A stretch of DNA of 32,000 bases, from NCBI GenBank assembly GCA_025340205.1, contig CP006868.1, positions 1,350,001 to 1,382,000 of the forward strand, read 5' to 3'. Shown piece after piece: positions 6,996 through 15,581 of this stretch. The first letter of the stretch is position 1. Each line of letters begins with the position of its first letter. The stretch comes from Ignicoccus pacificus DSM 13166. Lineage in GTDB: Archaea > Thermoproteota > Thermoprotei_A > Sulfolobales > Ignicoccaceae. The notes beneath the pieces are model-generated. The model was not told the origin of the DNA. It ran no database searches and saw only the letters and a program-made list of their open reading frames with translations. Both the position numbers and the translations under genes were made by a program.

Positions 6996-8632
6996 AAAGT
7001 TCCTCTCATGTTCTTCAGCAACTTGTCCACGGAGACCTCCGCTATTACCACTGGCTTTCCTATCTCGAGCTTTACCAATATCTCCGGCCTGACTTCCCCA
7101 GCTACTCCCACTTCCTCCCCGTTCAACTTGACCTTAGCCGTTCTCTCTTTAATGAAGACGGGGCTTTCGCCCTCCTCATACTTGAACTTCATGCCCAGCT
7201 CTCTGGCCAAACCGTTAAGGGCTGCGAGGGCGTCGGTCAGCGTGTAATCTCCCATTAGAAGGAGTCCCAGCCTCCTCTCCCTCTCCGAGTACTCCTCATT
7301 GATTACCACGTCTCCTATTTCAAACGCCTCGACGTTTCCGCTAACCTTCTTGTTCACCTTAGCTGTTAGAAGTAAGGACGGAATCAAGGAAGTCCTTACT
7401 GCAGAATAGCTCTGCATTCTGGGATTCTTTATCTTAACGTAGTTCTTAAAGCCGAGCTCATCGAGGAGCTCCGAGTCTATTAACGTGAAGTTGAACACTT
7501 CAGTAAACCCCATGGATACCATTATTCTTGCCAAGAAGTCGGTGAACTTGGTAATTGGCAATAAGGAGCCGGAGGAGGACGGAGGAGGTACCGTGGTCTC
7601 AACGTTTTGATAGCCGTAGGCTGCCAGTACGTCCTCGATCACGTCAACTGGTTCGTGAACGTCAACCCTGAAGGGAGGTGCCTTGACCATTAGTTCACCT
7701 TCCTTAACCTCTGCCTTTAGCAACATCCTCTTGAGCAACCTCGAAGCTTCTTGGAGGGTTATGGGTACAGAGGTCATCCTCTTTATATCATCTTCCTTCA
7801 CTGTTACCTCCGTTTCCGTTAACTGTGGGGTGCTCCAGAGGACCTCTCCGTTCCTCACCACCTTTACCTTCTCTATTATAGGATTCTCTGACCTCTCGGC
7901 TATGGAAGTGACCATGACATCCAATACCCTAGACATGAGGTAGGGTTCCGTTCCAGTTACGTCTACCAATACGTCCGTGGTATCCTCCGTCACCTTGTTG
8001 TACTCAGCATTAAGTACGGGGGCGAATGAAAGGAAGTTCTCTTCGTCTTGAAGTACAGGATATTCGCCTTTCCTAACTAAGTGACCATATGCCTTTCCTT
8101 TTTCCGTCTTCTCCAATATCTCATCGAAAGTCATCTCTTCGGAATAGCCTAGGGGTACCATCTTGCCCTCCTTTACCGCCCTGTACCTTATCACCTTTCC
8201 CTTTATGTGCTTCAAATCATAAAGTCCTATGGACACGAGCCTTCTATGCACTCCGTAACTTATGGCCAGCTTTTCTTGGAGCTGGAAGAGCTGCCTTATC
8301 GCCTCGTCGTCGAGCCTCAAGTTCCTCACTATAGCTAACATGGCGTAAGGCCTGTAGCTGGGAGCCTCGCTTATGTCGAGCACCCAGTCGCTTTCCCTCA
8401 CCTCGTACTTCGGGAAGTCCCTAGTGCCGAGCCACGCTCCTAGGGCCCTTCCTAGGCCCTCGGCGGAGAACAGGTCAGCCCTATCGTGGGAGGCCTCATA
8501 GGTCAAGTCTTCTCCTTCCCATCCCTCAACCTCTATCTTCAAGTTTGGCAAGATCTCCTCGAGCTTTTCCTTGTCAAGCTCGGCCTTCGCTATCCTCTCT
8601 AGGTCCCTCAAGTTAACGGTGATCACTGGCAC
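6992..8632 (-). CDS. pheT: Phenylalanine--tRNA ligase beta subunit
   Basis: Size of about 545-555 aa and an archaeal PheT-like N-terminus (M)PVITVNLRDLERI. The whole ORF is colinear with B3/4-B5-catalytic-like architecture. The likely start is GTG 8632, preceded by GGTGG. The ORF track extends to TTG 8659. Confidence 0.85.
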   Translation of the reverse strand: MPVITVNLRDLERIAKAELDKEKLEEILPNLKIEVEGWEGEDLTYEASHDRADLFSAEGLGRALGAWLGTRDFPKYEVRESDWVLDISEAPSYRPYAMLAIVRNLRLDDEAIRQLFQLQEKLAISYGVHRRLVSIGLYDLKHIKGKVIRYRAVKEGKMVPLGYSEEMTFDEILEKTEKGKAYGHLVRKGEYPVLQDEENFLSFAPVLNAEYNKVTEDTTDVLVDVTGTEPYLMSRVLDVMVTSIAERSENPIIEKVKVVRNGEVLWSTPQLTETEVTVKEDDIKRMTSVPITLQEASRLLKRMLLKAEVKEGELMVKAPPFRVDVHEPVDVIEDVLAAYGYQNVETTVPPPSSSGSLLPITKFTDFLARIMVSMGFTEVFNFTLIDSELLDELGFKNYVKIKNPRMQSYSAVRTSLIPSLLLTAKVNKKVSGNVEAFEIGDVVINEEYSERERRLGLLLMGDYTLTDALAALNGLARELGMKFKYEEGESPVFIKERTAKVKLNGEEVGVAGEVRPEILVKLEIGKPVVIAEVSVDKLLKNMRGTF

Positions 8633-8702
8633 TCTAGGCCCACCAGAACCCCTCTTCAAGGGATCGTTAAATGCGGTTCTAGGTACTTCCTCGATTAAGA
8701 CC

Positions 8703-9323
8703 TCACTTGTTCACGCCCTCTACCCCGCAAGAGTACTCGATGAGCACGGCGCTATCTGCGTGGACCATTTTGCCGTTTATTGCCTCCTCTATCTTTCTGA
8801 AGTCGTTTAGCGGCACGTACAATATGTTTATGTTTTCTGTTATCATGTAAGCTTTGTTTACCTTTGCTGTCACGTACACCAACGCCGGGATCTTTGAACA
8901 GCTATCCACGAGGTTTATCGATGGATACAAGAGCTCTATGTAGAGGTAGGGACCTCTGTCCTCACACTCCGTGCTTAGAGCTATCTTGCCAGAACATATG
9001 CTCTCCAAGGCCTCGTAGCTCACAAATCCTTGGATGAGCGCTCCTAAGGGTACTGGGAACTCCTTGGTCTCGTTACCTATCCTCTCGACTATTAAAACGT
9101 ACTTCCCCAACCTTCCCTCGTATTGAAGGTTCACCTCTCGCCTCGTCTTCAGCAAGCTCCCGGCAGCTACGAGCACGTCCTTCAATACCATAGCCGTGGT
9201 GTCGCCGGGTATCGGAACGTTGAATATGCCCTTAGGGGAGTAGTAGACGTATACCCCTAGGAGGCTGTAGCTGGTCACGTTGCAAACTATGCTATAACCC
9301 AAGATCATCCACGGTGCCAGCAA
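8703..9323 (-). CDS. Hypothetical protein with hydrophobic N-terminus
   Basis: 206-codon ORF immediately upstream of pheT on the same strand. An N-terminal hydrophobic stretch (WMILGYSIVCNV) is present. I recognise no family motif. The alternative start is ATG 9308. Confidence 0.5.
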   Translation of the reverse strand: MLAPWMILGYSIVCNVTSYSLLGVYVYYSPKGIFNVPIPGDTTAMVLKDVLVAAGSLLKTRREVNLQYEGRLGKYVLIVERIGNETKEFPVPLGALIQGFVSYEALESICSGKIALSTECEDRGPYLYIELLYPSINLVDSCSKIPALVYVTAKVNKAYMITENINILYVPLNDFRKIEEAINGKMVHADSAVLIEYSCGVEGVNK

Positions 9324-9387
9324 GCAGTATCCCTATCTTAAATATTGAGAAAGATGCATAAAAGTCTTTCTAATATAAGAGTAAAGG

Positions 9388-12300
9388 TTACTTCACGATC
9401 TTAACTATCAGCCTCGCCTTCTCCACCTTCCACTCCTTACCCTCTATCGGTTCCTCGCTGAGCTTCAGCTCCCTCGCCCTTACCTCCTTGAGTATGTACT
9501 CCTTGTTGACTTCAATTGCCTTCTTGAGTTCTTCGGAATCGGTGTAGAGCACCACTTCCTTGAGGACGTAGTCTAGAGGTAGGTCCTCTTCCTTCCTCAT
9601 TACTTGTATCCTCCTCACGATCTCCCTTGCTAGTCCAAGCGTCTTGGTCCTCTCGTCCACTCTTACCTTAACGAACACCCAGAAGTCGGGTGCCTCCAGT
9701 ACGTCGTAGTCTCCTTGAGGCTTCTCGTCACTGAAGGTTATCTCAGCTATGTTGGCGTATATTCCGAGGACCTTTGCGGCCTTCCTTATCGCGACCTCGC
9801 TGAGCACCGGCACCTCTACCTCCACCTCCTCTACCTTGTTGCCTACCTTCACCATCCTCTTCTCCCTCTTCTCACCGACCTTCTTCGGCACCACTATTGC
9901 CTCCGGCAGAGGCCACCTCCTCTTCACTCCCCTCTCCGTCCTCAAGGTCAGTATCCTCTCGCCCACTTCGAAGAACTCCTCAACGGCTTCAGCAAACTCC
10001 TTGTTGAACAAGTTGTTCGGCTCGGGCCAGAGGAGCATGTGGACGCTCTCCTCCTCCCTTCCTAGGGGTCTGGCGAACTTCTGGTAGAGGTACTCGGTTA
10101 TGAAGGGGACGAAGGGTGCGCCCATTATCAGCGCCGCCTCTAGTAACAAGTAGAGGGTGCTGTAGGCAGCTAGCTTGCTCGGGCTGTCCTCCTCCTCCCA
10201 CACCCTGGGCCTTATTACAGCTATGTACTTGTGGCTTATTGTCTCTACAACGAACTCTCCCCACGCTTGGGCCGCTTGATGAATAGCAGATCTCTCCAAA
10301 GCCTCGGCTATCCTCTTGGAGTACTCGTTTATCTTGCTCAGCGCCCAGCTGTCCTCGGGCTCCAAGTACTTCAGTCCTTCCTCTAGCTTACTCAAGTTCC
10401 AATCGTCCAACTCCATGTAGCTCTTTGCGAACCTCACGGAGCTCCACAGTACGTCCAGCGTCCTCTTGAACCTCCTTATGTCATCCGGGTCGAACCTCAG
10501 GGAGTCCCACGGAGCGCTTCTGGCGGCGAAGAAGTACCTCACCGGATCCGCTCCGTACTTGTTGAAGGCGTCCTTTGCCCAGACCACGTTACCCTTGCTC
10601 TTGCTCATCTTCTTCCCTTCCTTATCCAGAATGTGGCCTTGGGTCAACACTTGCTTGTAGGGAGCCCTCTTGTGCCAAGTGACGCCGGTGGCTAACAGGG
10701 TGTAGAACCATCCCCTCGTCTGATCCAAGGCCTCCGTTATCCAGTCGTAGGGATAGAAGAGGTTCCAGTAGTCGTCCTTTCCTATCTGATGAAGGGAGGC
10801 GGTGTGGGCGACTCCGGAGTCCAGCCAGACGTCCACCACGTAGGGTTCCCTTCTCATTTCAGCTCCGCACTTGGGGCACTTGATGACCACTTCATCGACC
10901 CAAGGTCTGTGGTGATCCACCACCTTCTCGGGGTTGAGGGCCTTCTCCTTCAGCTCCTTCAAGCTCCCAACGGCTAGTCTATGACCACACTTGGGGCAAG
11001 TCCATATCGGTAGAGGGGTGCCCCAGAACCTTTCTCTGCTTATGGTCCAGTCCTTGGCGTTCTGAAGCCAGTCGTTCATCCTATCGTAGGCCCATTTGGG
11101 ATACCAAGTGACCTTGTTGTTCTCATTAGTTAATTGATCCCTTAGGTCCTCCACCTTGATGAACCACTGGTCGTCAGCGTAGTACATGAGAGGGGTTCCG
11201 CACCTCCAGCAGTGGGGATACTCGTGCTCTATGGTTCCTACATGGACCGCTAATCCCTTCTCCTTGAGGTCCTTTATCACTTGCTTCTCCGCATCCTTGA
11301 ACCACATTCCCTTGTACTTGCCGGCCTCTTCTGTGAAGTGCCCATCCTTCCTTATGGGCCTGAACATCTTCACTCCCGCGCTCTTAGCGGCCTCGAAGTC
11401 CTCCGCTCCGTGAGCGGGAGCCATGTGGACGATTCCAGTACCTGAATCCATGCTTACGAATATCTCCTTGATTATCTCCTCCTTGCCGTTAACTATCTTC
11501 TTCATCCTTACTACAGCGCCTTCTATTACTGTGTGGTTGGGCTTCTGGTGCTCTTTATGGGCCGGAACCTCATCCAACAGGGGATGGACGTACTCCTTAC
11601 CTATTAGCTCGCTTCCCTTGAACTCCTCAATTACCTCGTACTCCTTTAGACCCACTTCCTTCGCGAAGGGCTCTAACCTCTTCTTCGCAAGTATCCACTT
11701 CTCTTCCTTTCCATCGAAGTTAACCTTTATCTTTACATATGTCTCCTCTGGATGGACGGCAGCTGCCTCGTTAGCTATTATGGTCCACGGGGTGGTGGTC
11801 CAAGCGATTAGGTAGGTTCCCTCCTCGTCCTTGAGGGGGAGCTTGAAGTAGAAGCTCGGATCCTTAACGGTCTTGTATCCTTGAGCGACCTCGTGAGAGG
11901 AGAGGGCGGTCTCACATCTGGGGCAGACGGCTACAACTCTAAAGCCCTTGTATATCCTTCCGTCCTCGAACATCTTCTTCAAGTAGGTCCAAGCTGCGTC
12001 CAAGTACCTAGGATGCCTGGTTTCGTAGGCGTTGTCGTAATCTAGCCAAAGGCCCAACCTCTCGCTGTCAGCTCTCCAATGGGAGATGTAGAAGTCGACC
12101 AGCTCTTGACACTCCTTGACGAACTTGTCCACTCCGTAAGCCAATATGTCCTTCTTGCTCTTGAAACCATGCTTCTTCTCAACCTCGAGCTCAACTGGGA
12201 GTCCCTGGGTGTCCCAACCGGCTTGGTCCCAAACCCAGTAGCCCCTCAGCCTCCAGAACCTCAAGATGACGTCCTTGTAGGTCCTTCCCCTCATGTGGCC

Positions 12301-12465
12301 CACGTGCATGAAGCCGTTGGCGGTGGGAGGGCCTTCCAGGAAGCGGAAGGGCTTGACCTTGCCCCTCTTAAGGCCCAGTTCCCTTACCTTTTGATATATA
12401 TTGTTCTCCTTCCAGAACTTCATTACCTCTTCTTCGACCTTCTTGGGATCGTACCTCGCTTCCAC
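9388..12465 (-). CDS. ileS: Isoleucine--tRNA ligase
   Basis: The class I HIGH motif is PPTANGFMHVGH and the KMSKS motif is KKMSKSKGN. Zinc-type CPRC / CWRCG / CPKCG clusters are present. Size is 1025 aa with a GTG start. Confidence 0.95.
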   Translation of the reverse strand: MEARYDPKKVEEEVMKFWKENNIYQKVRELGLKRGKVKPFRFLEGPPTANGFMHVGHMRGRTYKDVILRFWRLRGYWVWDQAGWDTQGLPVELEVEKKHGFKSKKDILAYGVDKFVKECQELVDFYISHWRADSERLGLWLDYDNAYETRHPRYLDAAWTYLKKMFEDGRIYKGFRVVAVCPRCETALSSHEVAQGYKTVKDPSFYFKLPLKDEEGTYLIAWTTTPWTIIANEAAAVHPEETYVKIKVNFDGKEEKWILAKKRLEPFAKEVGLKEYEVIEEFKGSELIGKEYVHPLLDEVPAHKEHQKPNHTVIEGAVVRMKKIVNGKEEIIKEIFVSMDSGTGIVHMAPAHGAEDFEAAKSAGVKMFRPIRKDGHFTEEAGKYKGMWFKDAEKQVIKDLKEKGLAVHVGTIEHEYPHCWRCGTPLMYYADDQWFIKVEDLRDQLTNENNKVTWYPKWAYDRMNDWLQNAKDWTISRERFWGTPLPIWTCPKCGHRLAVGSLKELKEKALNPEKVVDHHRPWVDEVVIKCPKCGAEMRREPYVVDVWLDSGVAHTASLHQIGKDDYWNLFYPYDWITEALDQTRGWFYTLLATGVTWHKRAPYKQVLTQGHILDKEGKKMSKSKGNVVWAKDAFNKYGADPVRYFFAARSAPWDSLRFDPDDIRRFKRTLDVLWSSVRFAKSYMELDDWNLSKLEEGLKYLEPEDSWALSKINEYSKRIAEALERSAIHQAAQAWGEFVVETISHKYIAVIRPRVWEEEDSPSKLAAYSTLYLLLEAALIMGAPFVPFITEYLYQKFARPLGREEESVHMLLWPEPNNLFNKEFAEAVEEFFEVGERILTLRTERGVKRRWPLPEAIVVPKKVGEKREKRMVKVGNKVEEVEVEVPVLSEVAIRKAAKVLGIYANIAEITFSDEKPQGDYDVLEAPDFWVFVKVRVDERTKTLGLAREIVRRIQVMRKEEDLPLDYVLKEVVLYTDSEELKKAIEVNKEYILKEVRARELKLSEEPIEGKEWKVEKARLIVKIVK

Positions 12466-12581
12466 TTCTAGGACCCCACAGAGACCACTAAGGTGGTTTT
12501 TTCTTCACTCGCTATGAGCGCTGAAGTACCAAGAACGAGGAGGATTAGGGATCCGTAATTTTAAAGTAAATCAAAAAGGAG

Positions 12582-13463
12582 TTAACGAGTTACGTTAAAC
12601 GCTTCAACAGTTCCGTCTTGAAGTCCCACTACCAATCCCTTGCCCCAAGTTATTGCCGTTACCGGCTCGTCGAAGTACTTGGAGTAGAGTATCTGGCCGT
12701 TAATGTCATAGATGTGTACGTAATTCTTAGCCATGTTGATGACAGCTATGTAGTTACAATCGGGAGAGAACTTGACGTCCCCCACGAATCCCGGTATGTT
12801 GAAGTCCCATAAGTACTTGGGATCCGTCGGATCGGTTAAGTTGAAGAGATAGACGTCCTTCTGGCCTCCGACCACGAGCAAGTTTCCGCAGACGTCGCTG
12901 GTGTACACGGGCTCTCCGAAGAACACCTCGCCAACCTTCTTGCCGTCGGTTAAGTTTAGTATCAGCAGCTCCTTTCCGGCAACGTCGGGTACGTAGGCGT
13001 AGTCCTTGTAGTAGGAGGGCTCTCCCGCTATCTTCCCTAGATCGAAGCTCCAGATCAGCTTACCCTTCATGTTGAAGAACGCACAGCTGGAGGAGCAGGC
13101 AAGTATGCCCTTTGGAGTTAGTATGACAGCTTCGTTGTACTTGAAGCTTATTGGTATCTTCGTTATCAGCTTTCCGTTCTCCGTGGTTAGGTAAATGTTG
13201 TTATCGCTGCTGACGAACGCGTATTTTCCGCAGCAGTACGAGACGTCGTTCATGGAGGCCAGAGCCTTTATCTGAGAGAGGTACGTGCCGTTACAGCTCA
13301 CCACGTAGCCGCTTCCATCGGAGGTTCCTATGGCGACGGTCTTGCCGGAACAAGCGAGGCCTTCTACCGTGCTTCCCGCATTGAACGTCCATACATGAAC
13401 CATATCCAGAGCTAATACCATGCTCGCTAAGAACAAAATGCTGAGAAAGGTTCTAGCTCTCAA
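12582..13463 (-). CDS. Secreted beta-propeller (WD40/PQQ-like) repeat protein
   Basis: The N-terminal signal-like segment is RTFLSILFLASMVLAL. Blade-like units repeat through the protein (GTSDGSGYVV, TENGKLI, VVGGQKDVYLFNL, GLQDGTVEAFNV). It has a TTG start. Confidence 0.6.
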   Translation of the reverse strand: MRARTFLSILFLASMVLALDMVHVWTFNAGSTVEGLACSGKTVAIGTSDGSGYVVSCNGTYLSQIKALASMNDVSYCCGKYAFVSSDNNIYLTTENGKLITKIPISFKYNEAVILTPKGILACSSSCAFFNMKGKLIWSFDLGKIAGEPSYYKDYAYVPDVAGKELLILNLTDGKKVGEVFFGEPVYTSDVCGNLLVVGGQKDVYLFNLTDPTDPKYLWDFNIPGFVGDVKFSPDCNYIAVINMAKNYVHIYDINGQILYSKYFDEPVTAITWGKGLVVGLQDGTVEAFNVTR

Positions 13464-13559
13464 GCGAACACCAATGTACTTTGTCGGTTACCGGGATAAT
13501 AGTTTAGGCATAGGAGCATATCCTTGACGAAGTACATCTATTTCAGTTACGCTGCAACA

Positions 13560-14399
13560 CTACTTTAGAGGCAAGTAGAGCTCCCTCATCTCCCTGAACT
13601 TCATCTTGAGCCAGCTATCCTCCACGGGCTTCTCTTGATATAGTTCCTTCCTCCTCGCCTCCAAGAGCTTCTCCTCGACTCCCAGCAGGTCGTTGTAGGC
13701 CTTGCTCACCTCCAGCCTCTCCCTCCAGTCCAAGGACCTAGCGGAATGGTGGTCCACCACAACCTCTCCCTTGAAGGAGTGGATGAACTCCTTCTCCCTT
13801 CCTATTTCAAAGCCCCTCAAGTAGAGGGGAGGGCCGTCTAAGAGGAGGACTTTAGCGTCTCTCTCCAAGAGCCAGTCATGCTCCTTCAGAGGTCCTCCTT
13901 GGACGTCGGAGGAGTATAGGATGTCGTTGATCTGAACCGCTAGGACGTAGCCCAGCTTCTCGTCCTTTCCGTGAGGCAGAGGAGGGGAGAAGGTTATCTT
14001 ATAGTCTCCTAGCTCAAATTCCCTTGAATCAGCAATTTCTACCTTAACGTTTAAGTCTTTTATTTCTTTCAAGAACTTATAGGCCCTTATCTTCTGGGAG
14101 ACGTTTATGTTCTTTTTATAATCCTTTATTAACAAAGTCTTTCCATCTAAGATAGAGTTGTCGTAAAGCCATCCTGGATTGTAATGGTCTCTGTGATAGT
14201 GAGTTATTACGACTACTTCGGCCCTCTCCAAGGCTTTTACTATTCTTTTCACCGCATCGACCAAGGCCTCCCACTCGACGGGGTGGGGAGGGAGGCCGTA
14301 CCTTCGGGGTGCTAAGGAAGCTGAGGGATCTATTACGATACTCCCTATCCTCACGCTCATGCTCCTTACTCCGAGGGTCTCCGAGGCTAGGGGCTCCAC
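13560..14399 (-). CDS. UPF0282-family metallo-beta-lactamase-fold protein
   Basis: The N-terminus is EPLASETLGVRSMSV...DPSASLAPRRYGLPPHP. The MBL motif is VVITHYHRDHYNPG. It has a GTG start overlapping the end of nfi by 13 nt. Confidence 0.7.
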   Translation of the reverse strand: MEPLASETLGVRSMSVRIGSIVIDPSASLAPRRYGLPPHPVEWEALVDAVKRIVKALERAEVVVITHYHRDHYNPGWLYDNSILDGKTLLIKDYKKNINVSQKIRAYKFLKEIKDLNVKVEIADSREFELGDYKITFSPPLPHGKDEKLGYVLAVQINDILYSSDVQGGPLKEHDWLLERDAKVLLLDGPPLYLRGFEIGREKEFIHSFKGEVVVDHHSARSLDWRERLEVSKAYNDLLGVEEKLLEARRKELYQEKPVEDSWLKMKFREMRELYLPLK

Positions 14400-15004
14400 T
14401 GCCTAATCAGCCTCCTCGAGAGGGAGTCGCTCAGCCTTATAGGCTCGGGAAGTCTGCTCTTCCACAAAGTCTTGACTATTTCCACCGCCGTCCTCAAGGA
14501 CACGCAATGGCCCACGCTCACGTAGATCCTCCTCTTCCCCCTTTCCAGTATCGCAGCTATAACCTTCCCATCCTTGAACAAGCACTTGCCGTACTCGCAG
14601 CTTCCCTCCTCTCCCACCAACCTTTTCTTGGCCACCCCTATGGTAGGTACCCCCGTCACCACCCCCACGTGAGATGCCACTCCCAGCCCTCTCGGATGAG
14701 CTATTCCGTGACCATCAACCAAGACTACCGAGGGCTTCTCCTCCTTCAACAGAGGTATGTACAAGGGGACTTCCCTGAAGGCCAAGAATCCGGGGACGTA
14801 GGGTATCGGGACCTTGGATATTGTATAGAGGAACTTAACCGGCTCGCCGTCCTTGAGGACGCTCAGCACGGCACACCCTATTCCCTTTTTATAGGAGACG
14901 TCAAGACCTCCTACGGTTTCGGCTTCCTCGAAGCAGTCCTCGGCCACGACCTTCTTGGCCAACTCCTCTTGAAGAGCCCTCGCCCTCCTCGCTCTGAACA
15001 ACAC
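14387..15004 (-). CDS. nfi: Endonuclease V
   Basis: GGLDVSY provides the catalytic Asp context. VDGHGIAHPRGLGVASHVGV is the classical EndoV block. Size is 205 aa. Confidence 0.85.
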   Translation of the reverse strand: MLFRARRARALQEELAKKVVAEDCFEEAETVGGLDVSYKKGIGCAVLSVLKDGEPVKFLYTISKVPIPYVPGFLAFREVPLYIPLLKEEKPSVVLVDGHGIAHPRGLGVASHVGVVTGVPTIGVAKKRLVGEEGSCEYGKCLFKDGKVIAAILERGKRRIYVSVGHCVSLRTAVEIVKTLWKSRLPEPIRLSDSLSRRLIRQWSP

Positions 15005-15086
15005 TCATCATGGTTTGATTGAGAAATGCTGAAATTTAAGGCTATTTCCAATAAATAGAATTTATTAGCTTGTTCTCAACAATAGA

Positions 15087-15581
15087 TTGGGAGTATATGT
15101 GAGGGATAAGGTACTGTACTCGTTGATAGGAGTGATAATCACGCTATTGTTCATCGTCCACACCTCAACTCCGGCGTATCCGAAGGTGTTCCAAGTTAAG
15201 GGCCCGGTAGCAGAGATAAGGGTCGAAAATGGAAATGTTATAACGGTTACCGGAAAGCCTACATTGAGCAACTTAACTTGTAAGGACTTCAAGGCAATAG
15301 TTATTAATAACACTTTAAGGTTGAGCTTAACCAATAGAACTATAGAGGTCAAAGTGAGCGCCTATTCCTTCGATGATAACTGCACAAGGGTGGCAATAGC
15401 TAAGGGTAGCGAAGTAGAGGTATTGAGTACTCTGAGCGACGAGGTAATCGAGAAAATTAAGGTGAAGGGTGTGATTACCGCCGTCAAGATATACAAGGAC
15501 TACGTAATAATTGGGACGGAGAAAGGAAAGGTGTACATTTACAAGCTCAAGAGGAGACCGGTAAGCTTTACGATCTCTTAA
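15087..15581 (+). CDS. Hypothetical membrane-anchored protein
   Basis: The N-terminal TM segment is LYSLIGVIITLLFIV, followed by a beta-rich domain with N-glycosylation sequons. The gene is noticeably AT-richer than its neighbours. The TTG start is uncertain. Its 3' end overlaps the hyuA-like gene convergently by 14 nt. Confidence 0.5.
   Translation: MGVYVRDKVLYSLIGVIITLLFIVHTSTPAYPKVFQVKGPVAEIRVENGNVITVTGKPTLSNLTCKDFKAIVINNTLRLSLTNRTIEVKVSAYSFDDNCTRVAIAKGSEVEVLSTLSDEVIEKIKVKGVITAVKIYKDYVIIGTEKGKVYIYKLKRRPVSFTIS

Noticed and set aside
9715-12471. Seven + strand ORFs of 62-130 aa inside ileS, including 9715..10065, 9749..10087, 11423..11815 and 12079..12471
   Set aside because: They are antisense shadows of a clearly coding 1025-aa gene and have low-complexity S/L/P/T-rich translations. 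The nested minus-strand ORF 9989..10264 is an alternative-frame shadow of the same gene and is rejected for the same reason.
12484-12502. Hairpin accac-taag-gtggt followed by a T6 run on the + strand, terminator-like
   Set aside because: No + strand gene ends upstream. The element lies in the ileS upstream region on the opposite strand. The stem is only 5 bp and is probably fortuitous.
14309-15022. 237-aa ORF on the + strand
   Set aside because: It is antisense to nfi and the MBL gene. Its composition is dominated by R/P/S/L/H, typical of the reverse frame of GAG/AAG/CTC-rich genes, and it carries no motifs.
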